Assembly (NCBI RefSeq): GCF_009834535.1
Contig: NC_045697.1
Span: forward strand, 57,538,001 to 57,602,000
Direction of reading: 5' to 3'
Length of the DNA: 64,000 bases
DNA from: Camelus ferus
Lineage: Eukaryota
Shown here: piece after piece, positions 41,601 to 55,774 of the stretch
How positions within the stretch are numbered: the stretch's first letter is position 1
Layout: each line of letters starts with the position of its first letter
Notes under the pieces: generated by a model
Seen by the model: the letters and a program-made list of their open reading frames with translations, nothing else
Told to the model about the DNA's origin: nothing
Databases searched by the model: none
Program-made: the position numbers and the translations under genes

Positions 41601-43977
41601 GGCCATCTATTTTTATCTTGATAAATCCAGCTAAAGGTTTGTCAGTTTTGGTTTACCTTTCAAAGAACCGACTCTTAGTTTCATTAATCTTTTATCAGCA
41701 TTTTAATATTATATCTACAGATCTCTGTTTCATTGTTTCCATTCTGATCTGTATTATTTCCTTCCTTCTATTAAATTTGGACTTTGTTTTTTTCTTCTTT
41801 TTCTAGTTGCTTTATATATAAAGCTATATTGCATAGAGACTTTTCTTGTTTCTTGAGCTAGATCTGTATTGCTATGAACTTCCCTCCTACAACTGCTTTT
41901 ACTGTGTCCCATATATTTTGGAAAGTTGTGTTCCCATTTTTATTTGTCTCAATGTTTTTAAATTTTTTCTTTGAATTCTTCACTAACTAATTGGTTGTTT
42001 AGCATGTTGTGTAGTCTCAACATAGTAGTGTTTTTTTTCCAGTTTTCTTTGTGTAATTAATTCTGATTTCGTATTGTTGCAGCTGGAAGAGATGCTTGAT
42101 GTGGTTTCAATTTTCTTAAAATTTTAAGACTTGTTTTGTAGGCTAACATATGATCTATCCAGGAGAATGTTTTGTTTGCACTTGAAAAGAATGTGTACTC
42201 TCCAGTTTGGGGATGGAATGTTTTATGTATATGTAAGTCTGTTGGTCTAAGGTGCCATTTAAGACCACTGTTTCCTAATTGATTTTTTTGGTTGTATTTT
42301 TTTTCTTTCAGTACTTTAAATATGTTGCATCACTCCCTTCTTGCCTGCAAAGTTTCTCCTGCAACATTAGCTGATAGACATATATGGGTTCCCTGCTAGT
42401 GACTAGTGTGTGTGTGTGTGTGTGTGTATGTGTGTGTGTATTTATATATGTGTGTGTGTATATATATATATGTATATATATATATATCTTGCTGCCTTTA
42501 AAATTCACTCTTAATTTTAACTTTTATTATTTTAATTATGAAATGTCTTGGTGTGGATCTCTTTGAATTCTTAAGACTCTCTGTGCTTTCTGAACCTGTA
42601 TATCTTTTTTCAGCCATTATTAAGGAAGTTTTTAGCCATTATTTCTTCAAATAAGTTTTCTCCCCTCTTTTCTCTCTCTGTTCTCCTTCTGGGACCCCTA
42701 AAATGCAAATGTTACTATGCTTGATGTTATCCTAGAGGTCCATTAAACTATCCTTTTTTTTAGTTTTTTTGTTTGTTTTGCTGTTATGTTGTGATTTCCA
42801 CAATTCTGTCTTCCAGATCACTTATACATTCTTTTGTATCATCTAATTGTCTCTTTATTCTCTCAAGTGTAATTCTGTTTTAATTTTGTATTCTTTGGAT
42901 ATGATTCTGTTTTAGTTTTGTATTCTTGAGATCTGATTTAACTCCTTGTTGAAATTCTCGCTGTGCTCCTTCATTCTTCAGAGTTCAGTGAGCATTTTGT
43001 GACCATTACATTGAACTCTTTATCAGACAAATTACTTTTGTTTCATTATCGTTCTTTTCTGATGTTTTATCTTGTTATTTCATTTGGAGTGTATTTCTTT
43101 GTTTTCTCATTTTGTTTCACTTTCTGTGTTTGTTTTCTATGAATTAGGCAAAACAGTTACCTCTCCTAGTCTTGAATGCATGACCTTGTGTATGAGTGTC
43201 CCCTATGTAGAAGACTGCATGTGCTGGTTGGCTTTGGCAGTTGGGCTGGGGCTGGAGCAAACATAGGCTGGAGGGTCCTTCAGGGCACTGAACTGGCGCT
43301 GCCTTGACTAGATCACTGGATCTGGAATTGGTGAGGGCTAGGTGTTTCCTGGGTTGTACTGAGCCAGGATGGAGTTGCCTTGGTGGGGTGTCTGGAACTG
43401 GAGTAGACATGGCTGGGGGTAACTGGGGTGACCTTGGCAGGCTGGCTGGAGTGACCTTGGCAGGCTGGCTGGAGTGCCAGGTGCTTTCAAACTGCTACCT
43501 CTGTGCTGGGACTTGCTCAGACTGATTGAGATTATGTATGCACCTTTAAGAGTAGAGTCTTGATTTCCTACAGCCTTCTGGTTCTCCTAGACATAAGCAA
43601 CACATAGCCCTGCTGGTTTTCAAAGCCAGATGTTTTGGGGGCTCAACTTCTTGGTGTGTGGGTCCCCAGAGCTAAGTCACCCAATGTAAAGCTCAAACCT
43701 CTTGCTCCTCAGGGAAGACTGCCATGTTTGTGATATCTCCTCCTGCATTTAGGTTACATGCCAGGAATGTGAATCCCAAGTAGACTGAATCTCTACTCTT
43801 CCTACCCATCTCAATGTGTTTTATTTTTCTATATTTCTTTAATTATAGAAGAGCTGTTCTACTAGCCTCAGGTTGTTCTCAGAGACAGTTGATCTATATA
43901 TAGTTTTACTTTTGGTGTGTTGTGGGAGGAGGTGAGCTCAGGATCTTTCTGCCTTGCTGTCTTGATCTCATCCCTTG
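38665..43977 (-). mobile_element. L1 of ~5.3 kb retaining both ends (5' UTR, ORF1 part, ORF2, 3' UTR), with an internal deletion
   Basis: Multiple ORF2p fragments in the ORF track (39425-39778, 39927-40250, 40609-40968, 41400-41606); ORF1-like 42300-43140; GC-richer 5' UTR 43150-43977; degenerate TSD-like tcat..tagtt(t)ctt on both sides. Confidence 0.9.
42406..42487. repeat. Compound (TG)n/(TA)n microsatellite inside L1
   Basis: Direct inspection. Confidence 0.95.
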
Positions 43978-45944
43978 TCATTTTTTAGTTCTTCTTATTG
44001 TTAATGCTTTTTTATTCAATGCAAGTGAAGTCTTCAACTTCATTTTATATAACTCCTTTTTTGTCTTTTTCTTTATTTATATAATGTAATATAATATATT
44101 AAATATATTTTTAATATAATAAACTTTGTTAATTTGGAGAATAAATAATTTGATAATCTATATTACTTCATCAAATTTCTGGTGGTCATGCATGCCTGCA
44201 TGGTTTCCAAACTTTTGAAGAACATTGAAAGCTGGTACAATGCAATCTTTTTTTGATTAGGATACTTAGCCAGAGAGAATGTAAAATTGTTATTAACAGT
44301 TGCACTAAGTGTCATTTACTGACCATTTAAATGTCTGAAATTTTATTTAATTATGCCACAGGAATATTATTAACTATGAAATTAAACTTAAATTCCATCA
44401 AGTCAAAATTATTGTGTATTAATTGATTTATTTAATTGGCCTTTGCTTACTTAGAAAACATCTGTAATCAGGAATATAGAAAGTTTTCTTTTCTAATGTT
44501 TGAAATGACACATGCTGCTTTTTGTGGAAGTTATGTTCTTATGATTTGGACAGTATCAATAAGTGTAATTTTAAATTTCAATGATGTGTTTGGCATATTG
44601 TAACTTTTCTTACAGAAGCACACCAGATTAGATTGGAAAATTTAATTTTATACTGAGAGCACCTTTTCTTCATTGCCTAGTTCATCTTTAATCCATTATA
44701 AAGCTTGTGAGTACAGCAAGGTTTTTTTTTTTTTAAATACATTTTTCTGTTTCCCAGAGGTGGTGCTTGCTATTTATTTCTAAGTCATTTAGCAGATTCT
44801 TGATCATAACTTAGAATATATAATTTATCATTAGAATTAATCTTCCTAGATAATGTTTAATATTCATCACATTGACGTATAGCTTGTTTATTACATTTTA
44901 TTATCATTACTCATTTTTTTGTCATAGCTTTATTAACCATTTTAATCTTTATTGGAGAATGAGACAAAACCAAATATGATGGTAATTAATTCCTTGTATA
45001 TTTTATTTACAACTTTTAGACCAAAATATACATAATGAACAAAAATATTTTATTTTATTTGTATGGATATGTTATAAAAACATGCTAAATTAAACTAGTA
45101 TGGGCATGTTTTAAATAATTTATTTACCTAGTCTATCCTTTGGATATTATTTTTAATGTTGTAAAATAATTTCATCTACCACATACTAGAGACATTGGGA
45201 CTACCTGAAATTTAGTTCAAAATATTATGTGGTAAAACAGGAGTTTCCATAGGGTCCAAGTACAGAAGATCATCTCAAAAGTAATAAAAATAAGAACTCT
45301 TCCAATTATTAAATTCACAACAAAGCAAGGAAATGCCAAATGAAGAAATCTGATAACATATTTTTTTTAGGTTTTTATAGTGTTACATTTCAGAAAATGT
45401 TTGTCACCTGGTAATTATTCTTTCCCTTTTAAACTATTGCTTGAACAGTTTTTTGTGTAGTTAGTAATGTATTAATTAATACTCATAATATCACTCTGGC
45501 AAAAAGATAATTTTACTATTAAGAAAAATATATTAATTGTGATAATCTCTCAGAACCTTCCTTCAAAATATATAGCTTGTTTCAGGCTAATAAACTGACT
45601 TTAATTATTTTGGCATAATTATAGAACATATATCAATTCTGTACAAACTTCATAAAAAAAAGAAAGAAAAATCAATTTGATCCTTCTTGACTTAATGTTG
45701 AAATAAGGAGATTCCAAGTACTCCAGGTTTTTCTTTACCTGTAGGTAAAATTCAACACCCCCAGCCTAGTAATTCCTTATTCAAAGAGAAGTTGAATGTG
45801 ATCTTTATTTTAAATAATTGATACTAAAATCTGTATATTACTTTGATTTCATTTTTTGGTATGACTCAATAAATTACAGGTTTCTTGTAGAAAGCCAGGA
45901 AACATGTAAATGGAATACACAGTCTTTGAGTCTTCTGATTTTAG

Positions 45945-46426
45945 TGTAACCAAGTCCAGGTGCTCCCCACATGACAGGCTAATAAGTCAAGGGATGAGTT
46001 TTTGGGGCAAAGAATAGTGACTTTATTCAGAAAGCCAGATGAGAGGATGATGGACTAGTGTCCCAAAGAACCATCTTGCCTGGGTTTGGATGCTAGTTTC
46101 TTTACAGAGCAAAGAAGGGAGGTGAGGAGGTAAAGTAAGAAAGTTGATAAGTTGTTGCAAGTACTTCCTGGTCCCAGCCAGACTCTGGAGGGGATGCAGT
46201 CATTTACAAGTAGGCCTGGTCAGGGTGTTTCCTGTTACCTAGACAAAGACATTTTAGCTTAAGTTCAAGTGTGGGATGCAGATTTCCAGAAATGGGCCAT
46301 TATGTATACTTTAAACTACAGGCAACATCTCTTTAGTGATTAACTTGTAGCAAAAGCAATGAAATACAAAGGTTTAAAAAAAAAAAAAGAACCAATATGA
46401 AGTCAGATTTGTTTTTCCCTGTTACA
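45945..46426 (-). mobile_element. ERV1-class solo LTR (MER41-like), related to the copy at 4978
   Basis: TGT...ACA termini; 4-bp TSD ttag/ctag; shared blocks (ggggcaa.gaata..gactttatt, gaaccatctt, aatatg.agtcagattt) with 4978-5515. Confidence 0.85.
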
Positions 46427-46934
46427 CTAGTTCTCCATGGTTTAGATTTCTTCACATGGTATTATTTTTATTTATTCCTTTAATTCAAAAGCATTTGAGC
46501 AAGAAGAATATTTTAATGATGATTTAGAAGAAAATGTGTTGTTCATTTTTAATTACCATTTTGTAAGTTCATTACTACTCCAAACTCTAAAAATTTTGGA
46601 AGCCTCACAAAAACTTTTACATTCTTAGAGCATTTAAGAATGTTTATAGAAAGTATGAAACAATGAGAGTTGTGGTATTCTTTCACTACTAAGGACAACT
46701 TCAGCATCTCCCACGCCTTCACCTTATCCCTGATGGCAGGTCATCCATCTGTCCCTGCTCCCCAGCAATATACACATACCTTGTCTGCACTCCCAGGTTT
46801 TTATCATAGAGTTCGGAGATTTCTCCCTTTTTATTTTTCTGTCATTGATTTATGGATTTTGGCTAGAAACTTTCCTTTTTAATTAATAAAATAGAAAAAT
46901 AACAAAACAGAACAACAACAACAAAAGTGTGCAT

Positions 46935-47052
46935 AGAGGAACAACTATATGAGGCTATACCAAGAAAGCACTGTCTGCAAGCCAAGAAAAGACGGGCTTC
47001 AGGGGAAACTAAACTTGCTGACATCTTGGTCTTGGATGTCTAGCCTCCAGAA
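46935..47052 (+). mobile_element. MaLR LTR fragment (MLT1A/B-like)
   Basis: tctgcaagccaaga...gctgacatcttggtcttggatgtctagcctccagaa. Confidence 0.75.
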
Positions 47053-50000
47053 TCCTGAAGGCCCAGAGAATGGGTGCCAGCAGTTTCAACTGAAAAGCAT
47101 CTGATCTGTCAGATATCCTCAAGGAACTGCTCTTTAATGTTGGGTACATCAAATTAGCAAAGGACACTAACATAATTTTTCTCCCATAGAGAAGATTTTA
47201 TTCCATATAGTAACACTTCATTAACATTCCTCCTTCCTGTCCTGGTTTTGAAGTACAGGGATAATTTTGATTTTTAAAAACCTGAGCAAAGAAGTCTCAG
47301 TTATTATTATCTGAAAAAGACAAAGACCATTTAATGTTAATTTGAAACTAATTAATATGCTATAAATTATTTTATTCAGTAAGGCTTTTTAATTTAAATT
47401 TAATATATTTTGGAAAAGGTTCCAGATTGACATAGTAGCAGGACTGAAATATCACATCTCAATTGAGAATTCAAACGTTGATGAAAATGAGTAGCAGAAT
47501 TATAAACTAATGAATCTTGGGCAGTTAAAGAAGCAAGTCTATAAAAATATGAGACTCTGAATATGTTATGAAATTGTATACTTTAATGACTTCATTTGGT
47601 TCTCAGGAATTTTCTTTGATATAAAAGTAACATTGTATACATGCAACGTAAATGCTGATTTTATTAGGATGCATACACATATTAGAATACTTACATATTG
47701 GGATATGTTTTCATTTCCTCCTGGGAATGCCACGTGTTCCATAAATAGACCTGCTTTTCTCTCTCTCTTGCTCTCTCACTCTGGTGCTCCCTCATGCTCT
47801 CTCTCTCTCTTCTTGCTCCTTCTTTTGTTCATCTCTCTCTTCCTGAGAAAACAGCTGGTCTCTCTATAATACTTCTCCCCTTTCACACTAAGGGTGTCTG
47901 ATCAACATATTTAATGATGTGTTTGACTTTATTTTCACAGCACAGTGATTATGTGATGACTTTGGGTAGTATTGATATCAGTATAAGTTGTTAAAAAAAA
48001 CTGAAAATAAATTAATCTGTTCTGCTAATAACTTAGAATGCTTGACAGCTCTGATCAAACATCTGTGTCAGCCTTTTCTAGGATGAAGAGTTTAGCAGAA
48101 TTTCTTTTATCAAGAAGAATTAGGGATATCCGCTTAAATATAGTTATGGAATATTTGATAAAAGATTCTCACAACCTTTAATACTCCATTATATACTTTG
48201 AATCTATAGAAGGCACATAGTTTGTCCTTTCAGAAAAAAGTTTTTGTGTGTCTATCTTTCATATTAAGAATACTAAATGTAAATATTTCAAGACTAATAT
48301 GAGAAATAAATATGCCTTAATTATATAAAGCTAGATTAAAATTTACTTAACTAAGAATTCACATATATATTCATTTAGACAAAGAGAGGCGTGTGGGAAA
48401 AAGACTAAAAGGACTACAGGTAAGGGAAGTTGTGTTGATAGGTAGATAGATAGATTATACATAGATAGACAAAAATGTTGAGATTTAGATGAGTTTATCT
48501 TATATGTGTATTTTTTTCTATCGTTACTTTATTATGGGCTAAATGTGTGCTCCCTGGCCTTTCAAGTAGACCTGCAAAGAAGTCAATGGAAAATATCACT
48601 GATAATCTTCATAAATGGTAAATGCTGCTACCATTTTCTGAAGTATGTTGTTTCTGTGTTTAATTAGAGGAAGTTTTATCAGAAAAATTGAAAATTATTT
48701 TAAATATTCCCAGTAATAAGGGGTTTAATACAGGGCATCAGAGGCTTTTGTAATGGTTGGTAGACTGAAGAGTAAAGGTCCTGAATTATCTTGGGAAATC
48801 CAGAGCGATGATTCTCCCCACACTGTAACACAGAAGTGATTTGGTATTGTTTGCCAGAAGCCACTGCAAACTCACACTTTGCCAAGTTCCCCTGAAATTG
48901 TCTTCAGCTCTGATCTAAGAATAATTTTAATTTCTATTCTGTCTTCCAAATCTTCTGCAAATATCTCTCATTGGCAGAATCATAATTTTAACTCTGCTCA
49001 GAAAACATCCTAGAGACTAATGCTCTATCTTGCTCTACAGGAAAGATTATAAAAAGGAGAATTTAACAGTTGAAAAAAATATTATACAGTGTACCTCTTT
49101 ATTGGTATCTGTAAATTCTGTTCTTCTCTCTGTCAAACTTGTAAACCATAATGATAAAACAATGTATGTGCCTAACACATTTTAACTAACTTGTGTGCAA
49201 ATGAATACATGATGACTCTTTCTCCAACAGCAGATTTAAAACTCCAGTGATTATATATATGTAAATTATATTGATCCCATTTCTAGTCCTTTTGCAACTG
49301 TGCCAACCTTAATGGCTATTGACAGCTGTGTATAGTGGAAGTGATACAGCTGCCTTCTAGATGTAGATCCTGTGCCACTTCAGCCTGTCTCTCTGGATTC
49401 CTTGTACTGTAGCCCTGCGTCTTCATGTGAATTGTCTGACTGCTCTGTAAGCACCACAAATGGAAACAAGACCAATTCAGCAAAGTGAATACAGGAATAT
49501 TTTTAAATCAACTGCTTTTCTCTATTTGTACTAAAATAAAATACCTAGGAAAGCAAAGTATCTCATATATGGTATCAATAAAATTGTAAAATCTTTGTAG
49601 TAAGCTTTATAAAAATGTTACGTGGCACATATTCAAAATATAAAATCTTCCAAGGGCATAAAATCAGATGTTCTTAGATGGGAAAACTTAATATAAAAAT
49701 TCCAGTATTCCCAAATTAATGCAATTCATGTTATTCATTCAGTAGTTCAACAGTTTTTTGTTGTTGCTGCTGTTGTTACTGAGGTAGATGATCTGAAAGT
49801 ATATATGAAATAAGAAACATCTAAGAATAGCTGTAGTATGTTTGAAAAGCATTATTCAGTCAGGTCACCTTTATGTGACTCTCATCCTAGCTGGTCACCC
49901 AGTGCATGTTTTTCTCTTGAAAGTGGCAGAAGGAAAAGAAGGAAAATGCTCAACATGCAAATATATTGAAATTATCTGCTTGTTCCGTGTTGGCTAATAT

Positions 50001-50389
50001 CCCATTGCCCAAAACATAGCATGATCAAGACAAAAGTCAAGGGACAAACATGAGGGTGATAACCAGCAATAAAACAGAAGCATCAATATTGGTAAGGTAA
50101 GTCTTTTCTTCAGCATTTTCTTCCATGGAGGTGGGAGAAGAGAATAGAGAGTGAAACTTGCTGAACAATATTCTAATCCACCAGAGTGGAATAACATGGG
50201 ATCCTTGGACATGGACTAATTTGGAAAGATTGCATTTCACGTATACTTAAATTTAGACCTTTCTTTGGACTAGGAATGCTCCTGTTTTACTCTTGGTTAT
50301 CATCAGCAAGACTCTGGGCTTTTGAAATAACCCCTCTTCCAACTGTCCTCAATTCCAATCTTCTCTTCCCTCTAGCCCATCCTATATAG

Positions 50390-50535
50390 CAGTGCTTCTC
50401 CAGCTTTAGAAGTGTATAAAAGTCACCTAAAATGTGGATTCCAATACAGTAATTCTGGACAGGCCTGAGAGTCTCCTGTCCAACTCCCAAGAGATGCTTG
50501 TGTCGCTGACTGTGGACCAACCTTTAATTAGAAGA
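50390..50535. mobile_element. MER5-like hAT-Charlie MITE
   Basis: cagtgcttctc start and ggcctgagagtctcc...ctcccaagagatgct...tgtggaccaacctt end pattern. Confidence 0.6.
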
Positions 50536-50564
50536 CTTCATCCTGTTTTCAAATGGTCTTTCTA

Positions 50565-50589
50565 ACACACACACACACACACACACACA
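50565..50589. repeat. (CA)n microsatellite
   Basis: Direct inspection. Confidence 0.95.
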
Positions 50590-51044
50590 AACAAACAAAC
50601 TCATCAAGTCTTTGCCTTAATTTTTTAATTGGGTTCCTATAATTACAGGGTAAAATTCAATTGCACACATCTTCCTCACTCCTTTTTCTGTGGAGCTTCT
50701 CATGGTGGCAGTTATAAGCTCTTTGCTACTTCCCTCATCTTAAATTAACAAACACTGACTGACCCATTCTTCCAAAGGGAGCTCATGTGCCTATAAATGC
50801 CATGGTACCATCAAACAGTGTAGTCACTCAATTTTTCATTCTTTAAAATACAGGTTTGTACATTTGTTTGATTATATGCTTGTCCTAATTGTCAGACTGT
50901 ATGTTCTAGCAGAAGAGCAACTTCTACTTTATATATTTGTACCAGCAGAATCTAGTATGTGGGCCTGGCACACAGTAACTACCCAGAGGTATGTGTATCA
51001 TCCAAGTGATGTTATATTTATATGTTTATTATTATTATTTCATA

Positions 51045-51650
51045 TATAGTCAAGTACCTATTAAGTGCCAGGCACTGAGAGATTACAGGAAGTACAAGGA
51101 TGAGCAAAGATCACTTCCCCCTGAAAATTCACAGTCCAGTGGGAGAAATAACCATAAATAAATAATCACACTAATAATTATATCATTACAGACTCTGAGA
51201 CGTACCATGAAGAAAAAGAAAAAAGTATGATAAAGACATATGGCAATGAGGGCTGATTTAGTGGGAAAGCAACAGTTACGGTTCTCTGAAGAAGTATTAT
51301 TATAGAATCCTAAAGTATAAACAGTATGAAAAATAGCAAGAGGATTGGAGGAGTGTTCTAGACTGAGAAAACAATAAGAATTGAGATTTTCAGTTAGGAA
51401 AGTGCTTGGGATATTACATGAGCGAAGTAGTTGTAACATTGTGCCTTGAGCACACAGAGTGGGGGTTGCAGTAAAAGCAAATGAATTTGAAACGTTTGGT
51501 GAAGGCAAATAGCCAAATTGTGCAAGCTTCTTCCCTCTACCTGAAGGAATTTGAATTCCGCTTATCTTTTTGAATGGGAAGCAAAGGAAATATTTTATTC
51601 AGGACATTGACGTATTATAGAAAGTATCATTCTGCCAATAATATGGGTTA
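51045..51650 (-). mobile_element. L2 fragment (antisense), tail-to-tail with a sense L2 piece ending near 51000
   Basis: caagtacctattaagtgccaggcactg...cacagtccagtgggag is an L2 antisense 3' end. Confidence 0.7.
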
Positions 51651-54489
51651 TGAAATAGCAGGAAGCGTATAGTATGCTTATTGGAATAACACCTTACACC
51701 AGTCAGAATGGCCATCATTACGAAGTCCGCAAACAATAAATGCTATTACAGAAGCTTTGGTTCCAGCAATATGGGTCTATCAGAATTTCAGTCAACGAGG
51801 ACCACACGTTGCTCATTCAGTATATCAAATGTTTAAAGAAATGAACACTGCTATAATCTTCATTCTGTTATAACTCTTGCACCAACATAGAAAGGCTAAA
51901 ATTTATGTTGCATTGTTCTACATAGTAGTAGAAATTTTAACAACCTTTCTGTAGGTTTTAAATCTAGGGCTAATGGATACCAGTAACATGGAATAACATG
52001 CTCAGACTTCTAATTAAACATGGAAAATTAATACATGCTTGTACCTCCTCTTCCTTCTGAATTTCACTCTAAGGGACAAAGAGAATGAAAGGGACAATAG
52101 GTGATGAGAGATATCAATACAGTTTTTAAAGGGTAAAATTAAAAGGAAGAATCAGTAACTCAACGTAGAAGAGTAGAAAAAGATGAAACCTAAATGCTGG
52201 CCACAGTAGATATCTTATGACTCAAGGCAATTTATCCTGAACAGGTTCAGAGAAGATCGAGAATTAGAGGGTTTAGGTATCTCAGGAGGCACGGTAGTTG
52301 TGGAACAGACATAGGTAAATCCACCCAAGAATAAATTAGAAATGAGAGGTTAGTTAATGAGGCTGTACCTAGCAGAATCTGGTAGCTCCAGCAATCAGGA
52401 AACTTGAATATCTCTGGATCTGGGGACAATGGTCATAAGAAAATACTCCCAGAATCTGACAAACTAAATGTTGGAATAAAGAGTAGAACATTCAGTCTAT
52501 GGACTCCATGAACTCTTTTATTAAACTTACAAGTAATATCTTACAGATTTTTGTTTTGAATTCTAGAGTTTCTTTTAGATAATGTACTCTAATTAAGAAG
52601 AAGGATAGCTCAACAAGGGGGTAGGTGATGGACATGTATTGCATTTTCCAATATATTCATGGTGTAGTGAATGGTAGAGAGAGAAGAAGATAGAGATGTC
52701 TCTCATTTTACAATTAAAATATTTTACGTGGTAGAAATTTGATTTGTTCAATATTGTTCAAAAGCTGAGTTATAGTAAGAACCACTTCTTTTACTCGGCA
52801 TAGTATCTATTAAAATTTTTCTTTCCAGAAGAATCTTTTCATGAAATGACTTTAAAAGTTATACAAGACAGTAAAACTCCCAAAGCAGCAGAGTCTGTTC
52901 TGCTTAAAAGAAACTTCTCATTCTGTGGAATGACAGAACATAAGCACACACATCCAGAACAACAAAAGTCAAAAAGCTTGACTCGCCAGGTTCCTATTCT
53001 CATTGGTCCCACAACAGATGCCACAGATAGCCATTCATACAAACACAAAATGCAATTGACAAAAACTAATATCGATGCTAATTTGAATCACAAATACACA
53101 TACACATGCACCTGCATTTCACCTTCATGTATATTTCACCTTCATTTAACTTGAGATGACAGGAAATTCTTGAGGAGAAATCTGTGGTTTCATTTTCACA
53201 TGCAAATATTCAGGAAGCAACAGGATATTTCTTTTGTTTTCACAGGGCAGTTTTTTCCTCTTGCCTACTGAAATCCATGATTTTAACCTTATATGTTCCA
53301 CAGTCTGACTTCAAATATATAGTTTTGTGATAACTTTGTATTATAAAATATGACTTAAATGTATGCATGATCTTCCTATGCTATGGGCTGAGCCATTGAG
53401 AAATCTTTGTTGTGGAACACATTTATTTATAAGGTTGGACATATGGCATTAAAAAATAAAGATTTTTTTAAAAGCATATATTAACTATTTGAAATACATC
53501 AGAAAAGTGCACAAAAGTGGATATAATAACATGAAAGAATATCATTGCATTCATTAGGAAAACCAACAAATATACATATATATGATAAATATATATACAT
53601 GATACTATAATGAAATTGACATGCACATATACATGGTTAGTGTCAAATTAGAAATATTTGCATGGGGGCAGTTTAAAGGATATCACATTAGAATATTTAA
53701 TAATACAGAGTATTTAAATACTGCAAATATATAATTTGGTCATGAATACCAATCAAACAATTTAATTACAGTTGTTTCTAACTTTTTATTAGCACCGTAC
53801 GAAGTCCTGGGACTTGTGTCCTATGTTTTTTTTTCTTTCCATAAACTGAAATTTGAAGTCAATCAAGCCATTGTTCCACAATTTTCTTGTGGTGTGTGCT
53901 TGGTTACTTTACTTAACTGTTCTGTGCCTCAGTTGTCTTCTCTGCATAATGGAGATAAATTCTCTCTCACAAAGTTCTTAAGGATCAAATGAGTTAAGAT
54001 ACCAAAGACATATGGCAAATGATAAATGTTATTGTTATTGCTGTTGCATACATATAAGGAAAAGAAAAAAATATTTTCTACTAGCCTTATTTGTCTCCAA
54101 ACATTTTACCATAGTACTAGAATATATATTTGAAAACAATTTCCATTCTTTCACGAATATATAAAGGAGTATAGTGTCTTTTGATTAAAAAAAAAAAGGA
54201 AGCTAAAATAGACTAATGTTGAGGCCAGAATGCTTTTAATTGTGTAAATGAGGAGAACACGTTTGTATCTGACCAATGATAGTCTTTGTAGTAGACTTTT
54301 AGATCAGTCATTGCTTATACATTTAAATTTACTTTAAACTCATATATGTATATTTAAATTATATCTTCAAAAATTATTTTATTAAATATTGACTACCAAG
54401 GATGATAAATGTAAATCATATGTTAATAGTAAGGTTAAAATGAACGTCAGTTTAACAGTTACATATATATATATCAAAATTTAGGAGCA

Positions 54490-55774
54490 GACTAGTATGC
54501 TTTGAAACCACCTGTGTGCTCTTACCAGAGAACAATCAGTGTATCAAATACACTGCTTATCACTACTTTGTTTTTTATTGATCTCTCTCTATCTCACATA
54601 TACACACAAACTGATTAGTTTTGCATATTTTAAAATTATAAATAGAATCATATTTTCTACATACTGTAGCAACTTTATTTTATGCTTGATATTATATATG
54701 TGAAATTTGTATTTATTATTATATATATTTTAGTTCCAGGTATTTTATTTTCATTACTACATAGTATACTAGTATGCATAATAATTTATGTTTTGAAAGA
54801 TTCTTTTCCATTTTCATTGTAATAAGCATTGCTCATTTCAAATTCTTATCTATGTCACTTACATACACATGTATAGGAGTACCATATTCTATACACTTGT
54901 ATAGAGTAGTGTTTTCCAGTCCGACTCACCACAATTCAGAGGATCACCAAGGTAATGTAGAAGGTTATGTCCTACATTGGTGAATGGAATGGGGTGGATT
55001 AAAAATAAACAGAAAAAAGTAAACCATGCAATAGTTTCATTGTTCATCTCAAATTGTTAGGGCATATATTATTTCATTGAACTTTTGTTTATACACATAT
55101 AAGTATTGTGGAAGTATATTATTATCCTTTTGTTACACACAGAATTATTTGTAATGGACACAAATAATTGTAAGCATGTATGGGTTTACAATGTTATAAT
55201 ATTAAATGCATTTCTTACTATAAGTCATCACTAAGTTAAAAAAAAAAACTGCTCTAGTTCATATGCCCAGAAGTGGAATTGCTGAGTAATAGAAGTATTG
55301 TTAAATTTACTAAAAAAGACCACATTGTCATCTAAAATATTGGCACAAATTATTTACACCACTCAATATAAGTTTACATTTATGCCTCGGATGTAAATTT
55401 CTGACTGTTTTAAATGCTTGGCAATGATTGATACTCTCAGGCTTTAAAAAGTTTTATCAAACAGAGATAGGGAAAAATTCTACCAGTTACTTTGATTTTT
55501 AGTTTGTTTACTTCTAATGATGGTAAGCATCTTTTTTATATGCCCGATGGCTATTCAAGTTTTCTCTTGAATGAATAATCTAAGTTTTTTTAAATATTTT
55601 ACATAAATTGATTTTGTATTTGTAGGCATCCTAGTTATATAATGGAAGCTATTACTTTTTTAGTTTTATGTCTGATATTCTGTCTATTTTAGGTCGTCTG
55701 TTCATTTCCTTTATGCTATACTTAGATAAACAGAATACCTTTGGTTTTAATATAGACACTTTTTAGTCTTTCTC
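54490..55774 (-). mobile_element. Very old L1 3' region (L1ME-like)
   Basis: agaagtggaattgctgagt...agcatctttttatatgcccgatggctatt pattern of antisense ORF2 C-terminus and 3' UTR. Confidence 0.65.
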
